Positions 18,821-28,641 of a stretch of DNA of 64,000 bases are shown here, piece by piece; position 1 is the first letter of the stretch; every line of letters starts with the position of its first letter. A program made the translations under genes and the position numbers. The notes under the pieces were generated by a model. It had not been told where the DNA came from. It worked only from the letters and a program-made list of their open reading frames with translations, and did not search any database. Source of the DNA: Candidatus Hadarchaeales archaeon (GTDB taxonomy: Archaea > Hadarchaeota > Hadarchaeia > Hadarchaeales > Hadarchaeaceae); the NCBI GenBank assembly GCA_038872135.1, contig JAVZGN010000002.1:1-64000 (forward strand). The letters are read 5' to 3'.

Positions 18821-19538
18821 AATAGTTTCGGTTGTAGGGTACAAAAAGTCCGGAAAGACGAAAATCGTTGAATCGCTTGTAAGCGAGTTGAAGTCAAGGG
18901 GATACAGGGTTGGAACAATAAAGCACATCCCTGAGCCAGATTTCGAGCCGGATGTCCCTGGAAAGGATACCTGGAAACACCACAAGGCTGGAGCAGATAT
19001 CGTTGCGGCAATCTCCTCAGAAAAGTTTGTGGTGGTCGAAAGAGCTCAAAAATCACCGATGGAGGCGATTGAGATGATGGAGGAACTCGATTTTGTGATC
19101 ATCGAGGGGTTCAGGGGGATAAAAGATATCGCCAGAATAGTTGTGGCCAGGGACGATTCTGAAATCTCCGAGCTTAAAAATGATTTTACGATAGCTATCA
19201 TTAAATCGCAGGGGGGAAAGCCAGAGTTCGATGTTTCCGCGCTGGCAGACATCGTCGAACAGAAGAGTTTCCCGATCCTCCCCGGACTGAACTGCAAACA
19301 TTGTGGTTATAACACCTGCGATGAGTTTCGTACGGCAGTTGTAAACGGGCGAACAAGAGGTGATGGGTGCCAAGCTCTAAAAAGGGAAGTGATTCTGCAT
19401 GTAGATGGAAAAGAGGTTGGTCTCAATCCGTTTGTTCAAGGGCTCCTCAGAAATCTCGTAGGGGCCATTGTTTCTTCGCTGAAGTGGGAGGGAGAGGGGA
19501 GGGAAGTTGTCCTCAGGGTGAAACGCCTTGAAAGATAG
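18810..19538 (+). CDS. mobB: MobB with a C-terminal Fe-S domain
   Basis: VVGYKKSGKT, IKH, D.PGKDT, IEGF motifs; LPGLNC..CG..TC..F Cys cluster. Confidence 0.9.
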   Translation: MVPRIVSVVGYKKSGKTKIVESLVSELKSRGYRVGTIKHIPEPDFEPDVPGKDTWKHHKAGADIVAAISSEKFVVVERAQKSPMEAIEMMEELDFVIIEGFRGIKDIARIVVARDDSEISELKNDFTIAIIKSQGGKPEFDVSALADIVEQKSFPILPGLNCKHCGYNTCDEFRTAVVNGRTRGDGCQALKREVILHVDGKEVGLNPFVQGLLRNLVGAIVSSLKWEGEGREVVLRVKRLER

Positions 19539-20454
19539 ATTTGGAAGAGAGGTGTTGGGTCTGAGGATCTCTGTGACGGAGAGGTGCAATTTGCGCTGCT
19601 TTTACTGCCACAAAGAGGGTTGCCAACCGACAGAGGACGAAATATCTGCGGAAGAGATCGGCATGATTGCTGCTGTTGCAACTTCCCTCGGAATAAAGAA
19701 GTTTAAGCTCACGGGTGGGGAGCCTCTCCTCAGGAATGATATCGCAGAGATAATTAGAAAAATCAGCCAGCACAAGGTTGATGATCTGGCACTGACGACC
19801 AATGGCGTGATGCTCGCTCAGATGGCAGATGAACTAGCGGAGAGCGGTTTGATGAGGGTCAACATAAGCCTCGACACCCTCGATAGAGAGAAGTTCAAAA
19901 GGATAACTGGAGCGGATGCCCTGGAAGATGTCCTTAGGGGGATAAAAGCTGCAGCAGAAGCAGGACTGAAACCGGTAAAGATCAACATGGTTTTACTCGC
20001 GGGAATAAATGAAAACGAGGTTGAAAAAATGATTTCTTTTGCAGCTGAACATGATGCAGTTTTGCAACTGATTGAGCTGATAGATTTGAATGGAAGAGAT
20101 TTCGATGTTTACCACAAATGCCTTGAGGAGATTGAAAGAAAGCTTGAAAGCCGGGCGATTTCCATCCAGACCAGAAGCTCGATGCACGCAAGAAAAAGAT
20201 ATCTGCTGCCTGAAGGAGAAGTGGAGGTGGTTCGCCCAATGCACAACAGTGAATTCTGCGCCCATTGTACAAGGCTCCGCCTGACTTCTGATGGAAAGCT
20301 AAAACCATGCCTGATGAGAAACGACAATCTGGTTGATGTTCGAAAGTTCCTTTCATCCCAAGATGTGGAAGAAGCCAGAAGTCTCTTTTTGCAGGCGATT
20401 GACAAAAGAGAGCCATTCTTCAGAGCAATGCCATTCACCTGCTCCAAAAGCTGA
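19528..20454 (+). CDS. moaA: GTP 3',8-cyclase MoaA
   Basis: D.FGR...LRISVT.RCNLRCFYCH, TGGEPLLR, FCAHCTRLRLT.DGKLKPCL motifs. Confidence 0.95.
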   Translation: MKDRFGREVLGLRISVTERCNLRCFYCHKEGCQPTEDEISAEEIGMIAAVATSLGIKKFKLTGGEPLLRNDIAEIIRKISQHKVDDLALTTNGVMLAQMADELAESGLMRVNISLDTLDREKFKRITGADALEDVLRGIKAAAEAGLKPVKINMVLLAGINENEVEKMISFAAEHDAVLQLIELIDLNGRDFDVYHKCLEEIERKLESRAISIQTRSSMHARKRYLLPEGEVEVVRPMHNSEFCAHCTRLRLTSDGKLKPCLMRNDNLVDVRKFLSSQDVEEARSLFLQAIDKREPFFRAMPFTCSKS

Positions 20455-20456
20455 GC

Positions 20457-21053
20457 TCAGGAGATCTCACGCTCTTCCACTTCTCCCCGAGGTGTTTTTT
20501 CTCTGAAGATTTGGGCGGTGAATTTTTTTACCCTCACGTCCCTTTCAAGCCAGCAATCTGGAGGAAGTCCAGCCTTTATACATGTGTTTGAGAGGAATTC
20601 TTCAGCATCCCAGCCCCACTCGACCGCCACCTGGGGGAGGAGCAGTCCCTCAAATCCTCTCCACTCAACTATCAGACCATCTTTTCCCACTTCAATGTGC
20701 TTTGGGTATTCTGCGGGTGCTTTTACTTTGATCAACTCCGGCTCTGTCAAAACACTCACCTCCACGATGATCTTGTCCAGTTCTTCCCGCGTCACCGGAG
20801 GGAAGCGGGGATCCCTCGTCGCGGAGGAGATCGCGGCATCCTCGACAGCTTTTATGAGGGGCAGGGTCGGAAATGGGAAACCGATGCATCCCCTAAGCTC
20901 ATCTTCTTCTGTCAGTGTTACAAAGACGCCCATGGGCTTTCTCAGCTTTTCTGGGACTTCCGGTGGCTTTGGCCTAACCCCCCTCCTCACATATTCTTCA
21001 ATGACCTCCCTTGCAAACTTCACCAGCAACTTTCCTTCATCCAAACTCAGCAT
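20457..21053 (-). CDS. AMMECR1 domain protein
   Basis: GVFVTL, LRGCIG, DPRFPP, EVSVLT, GLLLPQV motifs. Confidence 0.93.
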   Translation of the reverse strand: MLSLDEGKLLVKFAREVIEEYVRRGVRPKPPEVPEKLRKPMGVFVTLTEEDELRGCIGFPFPTLPLIKAVEDAAISSATRDPRFPPVTREELDKIIVEVSVLTEPELIKVKAPAEYPKHIEVGKDGLIVEWRGFEGLLLPQVAVEWGWDAEEFLSNTCIKAGLPPDCWLERDVRVKKFTAQIFREKTPRGEVEEREIS

Positions 21054-21529
21054 TCCACCCGCCGGTTATATTCGGTGGCCATCTCTATAATGTTTTTCCA
21101 GTGTTTTCCCTCCCAATAAATCTTTCCACATCTCTTGCAGCTCCAGAAGACCATTTGGCTCTTGAAAACTTTTTCTGGCACTCTATCCTTCACGCAGATT
21201 TTTTCTGTGACCTGAAGTTCTCCATTACAGACGGGACAGCGGGAGTTTTCAAAATCCAGTTCTATCTTCTTTCCAGCCACTTTTGATATCTCAAGCAGCT
21301 GCGACAGCACATCCCTGCTTTTTATGAGAAAACAGCGCCCCCCGGCCTTCTTGACTTTTCTAAAAAGCTGGACATCAGAGGTCAGGAGAATTCTTCCCTC
21401 ATCTAGAGCGCGTGAAATGAGAGCATTGTCATCATGAATGCCGATTTCTTCTGAATATGAAACATCGTGGCCGGCTATCCTCAGCCATCTTGAAAGCTTC
21501 CCGAGCATGCTGTCGGTGAGAAACTTCAT
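21047..21529 (-). CDS. Mut7-C RNase (PIN + Zn-ribbon) protein
   Basis: FLTDSMLGKLSRWLR..G.D, RCP.CNG, C..CGKIYW.G.HW motifs. Confidence 0.9.
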   Translation of the reverse strand: MKFLTDSMLGKLSRWLRIAGHDVSYSEEIGIHDDNALISRALDEGRILLTSDVQLFRKVKKAGGRCFLIKSRDVLSQLLEISKVAGKKIELDFENSRCPVCNGELQVTEKICVKDRVPEKVFKSQMVFWSCKRCGKIYWEGKHWKNIIEMATEYNRRVEC

Positions 21530-21589
21530 GTGCCCACCTGAAGCTACACCACCCCAACTCATTTAAATAACAAACGCAAATATATTCTG

Positions 21590-22012
21590 ATGGTGCTGGA
21601 TGTTCGTGCACCAAAGAATGTAAAGTTTGAGTGTCAGCGGTGCGCGAGATGTTGCGGCGATTCCTCCCACAGGGGACGGATAATCTATTTGCTGGAAGAG
21701 GAGGTGGAGAGGATATCTCAATATACTGGACTCAGTCCGCTGGAGTTTGCGATGCCGATATCTGGGTTGAAAAACTTCAAGTATAAAATGAAGAAAAGAA
21801 GCGGGGTATGCGTGTTTCTTAAAGACAAAGCATGCAGGATATACGACATCCGTCCTATTTCCTGCTCGATCTATCCTTTCGAAGTGAGAAGAAGCAACGG
21901 CGCCTTTGTTTTTGAGCCGTCGAAAGAATGCCCGGGCGTGGGCTTGGGTTGTCCTGTTGCGGAGTCAGAGTTCAGGAAAATGGCAGAAAATGCAAAGAAA
22001 ATATTTGACTGA
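21590..22012 (+). CDS. YkgJ-family cysteine-cluster (CxxCxxCC) protein
   Basis: FECQRCARCC, CVFL, C.IY..RP..C..YPF, CPG motifs. Confidence 0.88.
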   Translation: MVLDVRAPKNVKFECQRCARCCGDSSHRGRIIYLLEEEVERISQYTGLSPLEFAMPISGLKNFKYKMKKRSGVCVFLKDKACRIYDIRPISCSIYPFEVRRSNGAFVFEPSKECPGVGLGCPVAESEFRKMAENAKKIFD

Positions 22013-22142
22013 ACTCAGCCACACGATTTACTAAGATGATTTCTGCCAGTTAAGCGGCTATTCTGCATGACTCAAGGCATGCTAGATTCCTCGCCGAACA
22101 GTTGTAAGACTAATGCTATAAATCCAAGGCATCTCAGTGAAA

Positions 22143-23576
22143 ATGATGAAGCGGGAAAAAATGAAGGAAAACTTCAGCGAATGGTTCAATGAGGCTATCG
22201 AACGAGCGGAAATCATAGAAACAAGATATCCAGTCAAGGGGCTCTATGTCTGGCTCCCCTATGGTCTGAAGCTCAGGAACAACATTTTCAGCGTTCTCAG
22301 AAAACTCCTGGAAGACTCGGGGCACAAGGAAGTTCTCTTTCCTCTCCTCATCCCAGAAAACCTATTCAGGATGGAAGCAGAGCACATCCGGGGATTTGAA
22401 GGCCAAGTCTACTGGGTAACAAGAGGAGGTCACGATGAGCTTGATGTAAGGCTGGCTCTGAGACCAACATCGGAGACCAGCATGTACCCGATGTTTTCCC
22501 TCTGGATTCGCTCCCACGCAGACCTCCCCCTGAAGGTATACCAGATTGTCAATGTCTTCAGATATGAAACGAAAATGACCAAGCCGCTGATCAGGCTGAG
22601 GGAGGTCACAACCTTCAAGGAGGCCCACACCGCTCACGCCACCGCAGAAGAAGCCGAGAAGCAGGTGAAAGAAGCCGTGGAGATATACAAGCGCTTCTTT
22701 GAGGAGCTTGGCATTCCATTTGTCGTTACCAAGCGCCCTCGCTGGGACACCTTTGCTGGAGCAGTTTTTTCCATTGCCTTCGACACTCTCTCCCCAGACG
22801 GCAGAACCCTCCAGATAGGCACCGTCCACAACCTTGGCCAGAATTTTGCAAAAGTTTATGACATCAAATATGAGACACCCGAGGGCAGCCACAGTTATGT
22901 TTACCAAACATGCTATGGGATTTCCGAGAGGGCTGTAGCGGCAACGATAATGATTCATGGAGATGACTTGGGGCTATGCCTCCCGCCAAATGTCGCCCCC
23001 ATCCAGGTGGTCATTGTTCCGATTTACTACAAGAGCAATGTGGCGCAAGTGATGGACAGGGCAAAAAGTGTTTACAATGAGCTTGTGAGAGAGGGCCTCA
23101 GAGCCCATATTGACGAGAGGGACCTCCGACCAGGCAATAAATTTTACTATTGGGAAAGAAGAGGGGTGCCGCTGAGAATAGAAATCGGGCCGGAAGATGT
23201 GGCCAACAATCGACTGACGGTGGTTCCGCGCCACACGGGCAAAAGGATGATCATTCCCCTCAAGGATGCCGGCAAAAAAATAAAATCTATGCTCTCAGAA
23301 ATCGGAGAAGAAATGCGCGAGAAGGCAAGAAAAATGTTTCAGGAGTCAATTTTTGAGGTAGCCAATTTGGATGAGGCAAAGGGAATAATTGAAAAGAGGG
23401 GTGGCATTGTCAGGATGTGGTGGTGCGGAAAAGAAGATTGCGGAAAGAAAATCGAGGAAATTACCACTGGAAGTCTTCTTGGAGAGGAGATAGACGGCGG
23501 AGGAGGGGCTACCTCGCCCTGCGTTGTTTGCTCTGGTTCCGGGACAAAGAAAATCTTGGCCGCAAAAACCTATTGA
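22143..23576 (+). CDS. proS: Prolyl-tRNA synthetase
   Basis: FSEWF, RPTSET, FRYETK.T.PLIR.RE, QIGTVHNLGQNF, CYGISER motifs. Confidence 0.97.
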   Translation: MMKREKMKENFSEWFNEAIERAEIIETRYPVKGLYVWLPYGLKLRNNIFSVLRKLLEDSGHKEVLFPLLIPENLFRMEAEHIRGFEGQVYWVTRGGHDELDVRLALRPTSETSMYPMFSLWIRSHADLPLKVYQIVNVFRYETKMTKPLIRLREVTTFKEAHTAHATAEEAEKQVKEAVEIYKRFFEELGIPFVVTKRPRWDTFAGAVFSIAFDTLSPDGRTLQIGTVHNLGQNFAKVYDIKYETPEGSHSYVYQTCYGISERAVAATIMIHGDDLGLCLPPNVAPIQVVIVPIYYKSNVAQVMDRAKSVYNELVREGLRAHIDERDLRPGNKFYYWERRGVPLRIEIGPEDVANNRLTVVPRHTGKRMIIPLKDAGKKIKSMLSEIGEEMREKARKMFQESIFEVANLDEAKGIIEKRGGIVRMWWCGKEDCGKKIEEITTGSLLGEEIDGGGGATSPCVVCSGSGTKKILAAKTY

Positions 23577-24463
23577 ACGACTGTTATCGTCTTCGCTGCC
23601 TCTTCCACTTCCTTCTCGCTTGGAAATCCCACCGGTCCGCGAAATCTTATCTTCAATCCCGCTGCAGCAGTGCCAAACTTTGCGGCTTCCACAACGTCTC
23701 TAGTCGACATAAACCTGTGGAGGAAGGCTGCCCCAAAAACATCCCCGGCCCCCGTCATGTCCTTTGCCACGACCTTTAGGGGATTCACCTTGACCAGTCC
23801 TTCCCTGCTCAGAACTAGAGATGGCGCCCCTCCCTTTGTGAGAATAACCACCTCCGGCCCAGCTTCCATGATTTTTCTCATCGAATTCTCGGGGGTGCTT
23901 CCTAGAACTGCCGCCTCGTCCATCCCAAGCTTTACTATATCCACATATTTCAGATATCTCCCGAGATCTCTTGGTTTCACTGTGACTTTGCCGTCTGCTC
24001 CTATCTCTCTAAGAATGCCTTGAGGATCCAACATCACCAGATTTGAATTCCTCTTGAGATGATGGAGGAGCTCATGATCAACCTCATTTGCAATCGGGGA
24101 AACATAGAAGCTGGTAGCTCCCAGATACTCGTTTGGAATGTCCTCTGGGGTTATCGGCGGAGCCATGTGCCGGCAGATCTGAGTCCTCCGCCCACTTTCA
24201 TCGTAGATATTCTGAAACGTGGTCGTGTGCTCCCCTGCAACGATCATCCCTTCAGTATCAAGCCCCAGCTTTCCATAAATCGGCGGAAACTTTTCAAGAA
24301 AATCCAGCCCAACTTTTGCCGAAAACCCAACGCTTCTTTTCAGATTCACCAATGTAAAACCGCTGTAGGTCGGAGCGCCCCCCAAAATATTTTCAATGAT
24401 GCCCCAGGGAAAAACATTTACATCGATTGCCACATGCCCGACTACAACCACATCAAAACTCAT
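23570..24463 (-). CDS. PfkB/ribokinase-family kinase, possibly myo-inositol kinase
   Basis: [28 protein letters not shown] motifs; overlaps the ino1 stop by 4 bp. Confidence 0.85.
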   Translation of the reverse strand: MSFDVVVVGHVAIDVNVFPWGIIENILGGAPTYSGFTLVNLKRSVGFSAKVGLDFLEKFPPIYGKLGLDTEGMIVAGEHTTTFQNIYDESGRRTQICRHMAPPITPEDIPNEYLGATSFYVSPIANEVDHELLHHLKRNSNLVMLDPQGILREIGADGKVTVKPRDLGRYLKYVDIVKLGMDEAAVLGSTPENSMRKIMEAGPEVVILTKGGAPSLVLSREGLVKVNPLKVVAKDMTGAGDVFGAAFLHRFMSTRDVVEAAKFGTAAAGLKIRFRGPVGFPSEKEVEEAAKTITVVQ

Positions 24464-25530
24464 CTCTCCCTCCTCCCAGCGATGAAATCTTCAACTGCCC
24501 GCCTAGCTTCTTCATCGCTCATTTGAACGGGTGGATGCTTGAAAAAGTAAGCGGAAACGCTGATAAGAGGTCCACCGATTCCCCGATCCAGCGCAAGTTT
24601 AACCGCTCGGATCGCGTCGATCACCACCCCTGCGGAATTTGGAGAATCTTCCACAGAAAGCTTCACGTCAATCGTCAGCGGGATATCCCCAAACTTTCTC
24701 CCCCGAATGTGGATGTAGCAAATTTTGTTGTCTTTCAGGAATGGGACATAATCGCTCGGGCCTATTCTCAGCGGCACCTCATAGGGGACTTGGCTTGCAA
24801 CCGCCTCGGTTTTGCTTATGCGCTTTGAGCTGAGGCGCTCCTCCTCCAGCATGTTCAGAAAGTCTGTGTTCCCGCCGATGTTCAGCTGATAGCTCTCCTC
24901 AAGCTTTACTCCCCTGTCTATCAATAGCTTCGCGAGGGTGCGGTGAAGAATTGTGGCCCCCACCTGAGATTTTATGTCATCTCCGGCGCACGGCAATCCT
25001 GCGTCGGCAAACTTCTTCCCCCACTCCTTTCCTGAAACGATGAACTCAGGTATGCAGTTGATATATCCAACTCCTGCTCTTATCGCCTCGCTGGCATAAA
25101 ATCTGGAAGCCTCATAACTCCCAACTGGAAGATAGCTCACTAGAATGTCGGCGTCGGCCTCCTCCAGGACCTTCGCCACATCAACTGGCTTCTGGGTGGG
25201 ATCAACAGGGATCACAGGCTTGAGATATTTTCCAAGACCATCTAGCACAGGGCCCTTCTGAACCTCTACCCCAAGCTCAGGGACATCACAAAATTTTATC
25301 GTGCAGTTTGGAGGAGCAAAAATCGCTTTACCGAGATCCATTCCAACTTTGTTTGCATCGACATCGAAAGCCGCCACAAATTTTATGTCTCTTATGTGAT
25401 ATCCTCCAAAATTAACATGCATGAGGCCAGGGACAAACTGGTCCTCCTTAGCATCCCTGTAATAGTGTACCCCCTGAATCAGAGAGGAGGCACAGTTTCC
25501 AACGCCAACGATGGCAACCTTTATCGGCAT
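24460..25530 (-). CDS. ino1: Inositol-3-phosphate (myo-inositol-1-phosphate) synthase
   Basis: [48 protein letters not shown] motifs. Confidence 0.96.
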   Translation of the reverse strand: MPIKVAIVGVGNCASSLIQGVHYYRDAKEDQFVPGLMHVNFGGYHIRDIKFVAAFDVDANKVGMDLGKAIFAPPNCTIKFCDVPELGVEVQKGPVLDGLGKYLKPVIPVDPTQKPVDVAKVLEEADADILVSYLPVGSYEASRFYASEAIRAGVGYINCIPEFIVSGKEWGKKFADAGLPCAGDDIKSQVGATILHRTLAKLLIDRGVKLEESYQLNIGGNTDFLNMLEEERLSSKRISKTEAVASQVPYEVPLRIGPSDYVPFLKDNKICYIHIRGRKFGDIPLTIDVKLSVEDSPNSAGVVIDAIRAVKLALDRGIGGPLISVSAYFFKHPPVQMSDEEARRAVEDFIAGRRER

Positions 25531-25580
25531 ACTATTTCACACTCTGATATATATCCAATTCTGAAATATTTATAAAGCTT

Positions 25581-25937
25581 GTGGGTGGAGATAAAAATGG
25601 TGGAGAGGTGGGCAGAAACAACCGTGCTCTCGCCAGGCTAAAGAAAAAGACGACGACGGAGATGCTCTGGCCATATTTTCTAAAGCTTCTTACCGAAAGG
25701 CCGATGTGCGGTTATGAAATAATGCAGGAGATGAAAAAGCGGTTTGGATGGAAACCACCGACGGTCACATCCTACATTGTCCTTCACAACCTCAACCGCG
25801 CCGGGTATGTTGTTTCCGAGTGGAGGGGGAAGAAGAGTGGTCCAGCGAAGAAGCAATATGCGATAACTGAAGCTGGGAGAAAACTTCTGAAGGAGGGGCT
25901 CGAGTACCTAAAGAGCGTCTGCCAAAGCCTCAGCTGA
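25581..25937 (+). CDS. PadR-family transcriptional regulator (start uncertain)
   Basis: L.LL.ERPM.GYEI, Y..L..L...GYV, K.Y.ITEAG motifs. Confidence 0.85.
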   Translation: MGGDKNGGEVGRNNRALARLKKKTTTEMLWPYFLKLLTERPMCGYEIMQEMKKRFGWKPPTVTSYIVLHNLNRAGYVVSEWRGKKSGPAKKQYAITEAGRKLLKEGLEYLKSVCQSLS

Positions 25938-26508
25938 GTTCTCTTTTAGCAACCACCAACCTGTAAGCCGCCGTGAGAAGAGAAAGCGCCGCAACCAGAA
26001 TTATTGCATAACCAGTCAGCCCAAGTAAAGAACCGAGGCCGATGATCAGAAGTCGCTCTGGTCTCTCCGCTAATCCAACATCCATGTGGGTGGCTCCCGC
26101 GGCCTCGGCCCTCGCCCTAATGTAGCTCACGAGGAAGCTCCCAAGAAGGGCTGCACCACACCACAACCAAATGGGGAAGATGATTGTTTGAGCTCTCCAG
26201 CCGTATGCTATTGCTGCCAAGACCAAGAAATCGCTCACCCTATCAACGGTGGAGTCGAGCACCCCCCCAAACCTTGTTTTCATTCCCCCAACCCTCGCCA
26301 CGGCCCCGTCCATCATGTCGAACGCTCCAGCGATTAGCAGAGCTATGCCTCCAAAGATTTCAAGATGGAGGGAGAAGGCTGCGGCGGATACAACGGAGAA
26401 AGTGAGGCCAATCAATGTGAGGAGATTTGGTCTTATCTTTCTTTTAACCATGGCTTCCGCAAATGGATCAACTAGTCTCCCCACCCTGTCTTTGACCCTG
26501 CTGAGCAT
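25930..26508 (-). CDS. CDP-alcohol phosphatidyltransferase (archaetidylinositol-phosphate synthase-like)
   Basis: PN.LT, DMMDGAVAR...T.FG.VLDSTVDR.SD, SYIRARAE, ERPER motifs; located near ino1. Confidence 0.9.
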   Translation of the reverse strand: MLSRVKDRVGRLVDPFAEAMVKRKIRPNLLTLIGLTFSVVSAAAFSLHLEIFGGIALLIAGAFDMMDGAVARVGGMKTRFGGVLDSTVDRVSDFLVLAAIAYGWRAQTIIFPIWLWCGAALLGSFLVSYIRARAEAAGATHMDVGLAERPERLLIIGLGSLLGLTGYAIILVAALSLLTAAYRLVVAKRELS

Positions 26509-26559
26509 CGTTTCCCACCAAATTTTTAGAGGTGGCCACATAAGTGTTTCTGGTCAGGC

Positions 26560-27393
26560 ATGATTTATCTTGGTCCGGCGGGAATCCCTATCTCAAGCAG
26601 AGACAGAAGCACCGTGGGAGGTCTCAACCACCTCGCATCTCTTGGCCTCAACGCCATGGAAGTTGAGTTTGTTAGGGGGGTGGCGATGAGCAATGAAACC
26701 GCGGAGGAAGTGGGGGAAGTTGCCAAAAAGCTCGGGATAGTTCTCTCCGTGCACTGTCCCTACTTCATAAATCTCTGTTCGGATGACAAGAAGAAAGTTG
26801 AAGCATCAAAAAAGCGAATTCTAGACTCGGCCGAAAGGGCTCAACACATGGGCGCTGGAATCGTGGTCTTTCACCCCGGTTACTACGGGAAGCTTTCTCC
26901 CGAGCAGGCGTTTCAGGCTGTAAAAGAAGCAGATGAAGAGATGGTTGACAGGATGAAAGCGGCAGGGATAAAAAAAGTTCTCTTGGGTCATGAAACTACT
27001 GGAAAGGTGAGTGCATTTGGAACCCTCGATGAAATAGTCAGACTTTGCTTAGAGGTGAAAGGGTGCACGCCGGTGGTAGATTTTGCACACATTTATGCAA
27101 GACAGGCGGGGAAAATCGACTATGCGGAGATTTTCAGAAAACTTGCCCCACTAAAGCTCGACCACATTCACTCCCATTTCACCTCCATGGAGTGGTCACC
27201 TGCAAAAGTCCCAGGTCAGGGAAATGAAAGATATCATCTTCCGATTAGCTACAACAAGCCTCCATTTGAGCCTCTTGCACGCGAAATCCTGAAGAGGAAG
27301 ATAAGTATAACGCTGATCTCAGAGTCACCGGTCCTTGAGCAGGACTCTCTGCAGATGAAAAAAATTTTTGAAAGGTTAGGAAAAAGATTTTAG
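26560..27393 (+). CDS. nfo: Endonuclease IV family (TIM barrel)
   Basis: GPAG, E.EFVRG, H.PYFINL, FHPG, ETTGK, DFAH, ERYH, ISESP..E.D motifs. Confidence 0.88.
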   Translation: MIYLGPAGIPISSRDRSTVGGLNHLASLGLNAMEVEFVRGVAMSNETAEEVGEVAKKLGIVLSVHCPYFINLCSDDKKKVEASKKRILDSAERAQHMGAGIVVFHPGYYGKLSPEQAFQAVKEADEEMVDRMKAAGIKKVLLGHETTGKVSAFGTLDEIVRLCLEVKGCTPVVDFAHIYARQAGKIDYAEIFRKLAPLKLDHIHSHFTSMEWSPAKVPGQGNERYHLPISYNKPPFEPLAREILKRKISITLISESPVLEQDSLQMKKIFERLGKRF

Positions 27394-28629
27394 CTTTTCC
27401 ACCAGCCGATCGATCTTCACCTCTTCCTGCTGACCAGATTTCATGTCTTTTACCGTCACTTTCATGTTTTGAAGTTCCCTCGGCCCAACGACAACTGCCG
27501 CTTTTGCCCCAATTGCCGCCGCGTGTGCCATTGCCTTCTCCAGTTTTCTTTCAGCCAGCTCCACCTCTGTGGCGATGCCTGCTTCTCTGAGCATCATCGC
27601 TATCGCAAAGGAATTTTCCATAAGGTGTCTTTTCACTGGAATCACTATGGCGGTGGGCGGAGCAGCAGATGTTTTGATTCCTTGATTGATCAAAAGCTCC
27701 GAGATCCTGTCGATACCAAAACCAACTCCTGTCGCCGGAGTCGCGCCACCACCAAACAACCGGATGAGTCCATCATACCTCCCGCCCCCGGCAATCTGGA
27801 CTCCTCTGCAATAGACCTCAAACACAAAGCCTGTGTAATAATCAAGCCCTCTCGCAATTCCCAAGTCAACCGAATATTTCACCTTCAGAAAATTTAAAAG
27901 AGAAGAAACTTTTTGAAGATATTTTATCCCACTACTTTCTCCAATGATACTTTCTGCTTTCTCCAAAGCATTTTTCTCGCCTCTCAGCGCAAGGATCTCC
28001 TTTATCTTTACAGCGGTTTTATCATTGACCTTTGCCCGCCTAAATTCCTCGGCGATCCTTTTTTCATCCTTTGAGTCTATCGCTCTCAGAAGTGGATCTT
28101 GGAGGGATTCTTCGATTCCAGCTTCTTTTAGAAGCTCACGCAACACGCCAACATTCCCTATTCTTATCTCATATCCTTTGAGACCAGTTTCCTTCATCAC
28201 AGCATCCGAGAGAATCACAAGTTCTGCGTCAGCTTCTGGAGTGGGCGCTCCAATTATTTCTGCTCCAGCCTGCCTGAATTGCCTGTACCTCCAGGCCTGT
28301 GGCTCCTCATATCTGAAACAGCTCCCGAAGTAGCAGAGTTTCAAGGGTTTTGGGTGGGACTTGAGCTTTTGGACATAGAATCTGACCACCGGAGCTGTCA
28401 GCTCCGGCCTCAGCGCCAGCTCTTTTCCCCCTTTGTCCCTGAATGAATAAATCTGCTTTACAACATCCGCCCCGCTTTTCTTTGTGAAAATCTCCAAGTG
28501 TTCAAAAATCGGGGTTTCCACTTCCTGATAGCAGAACCTTGAGAAAACTCTTCTCGCGGCTTCCTCCACCCGCCGGATGCTCATGAGTTCTTCTCCGAAG
28601 AGATCTCTTGTCCCCTTGGGCGTCTGCAT
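27376..28629 (-). CDS. hisS: Histidyl-tRNA synthetase
   Basis: PKGTRD, LRPELT, FRYEEPQ, RGLDYYTG, GGGRYD, GFGIDRI motifs; C-terminal anticodon-binding domain. Confidence 0.96.
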   Translation of the reverse strand: MQTPKGTRDLFGEELMSIRRVEEAARRVFSRFCYQEVETPIFEHLEIFTKKSGADVVKQIYSFRDKGGKELALRPELTAPVVRFYVQKLKSHPKPLKLCYFGSCFRYEEPQAWRYRQFRQAGAEIIGAPTPEADAELVILSDAVMKETGLKGYEIRIGNVGVLRELLKEAGIEESLQDPLLRAIDSKDEKRIAEEFRRAKVNDKTAVKIKEILALRGEKNALEKAESIIGESSGIKYLQKVSSLLNFLKVKYSVDLGIARGLDYYTGFVFEVYCRGVQIAGGGRYDGLIRLFGGGATPATGVGFGIDRISELLINQGIKTSAAPPTAIVIPVKRHLMENSFAIAMMLREAGIATEVELAERKLEKAMAHAAAIGAKAAVVVGPRELQNMKVTVKDMKSGQQEEVKIDRLVEKLKSFS

Positions 28630-28641
28630 TTATTTCCTCCT

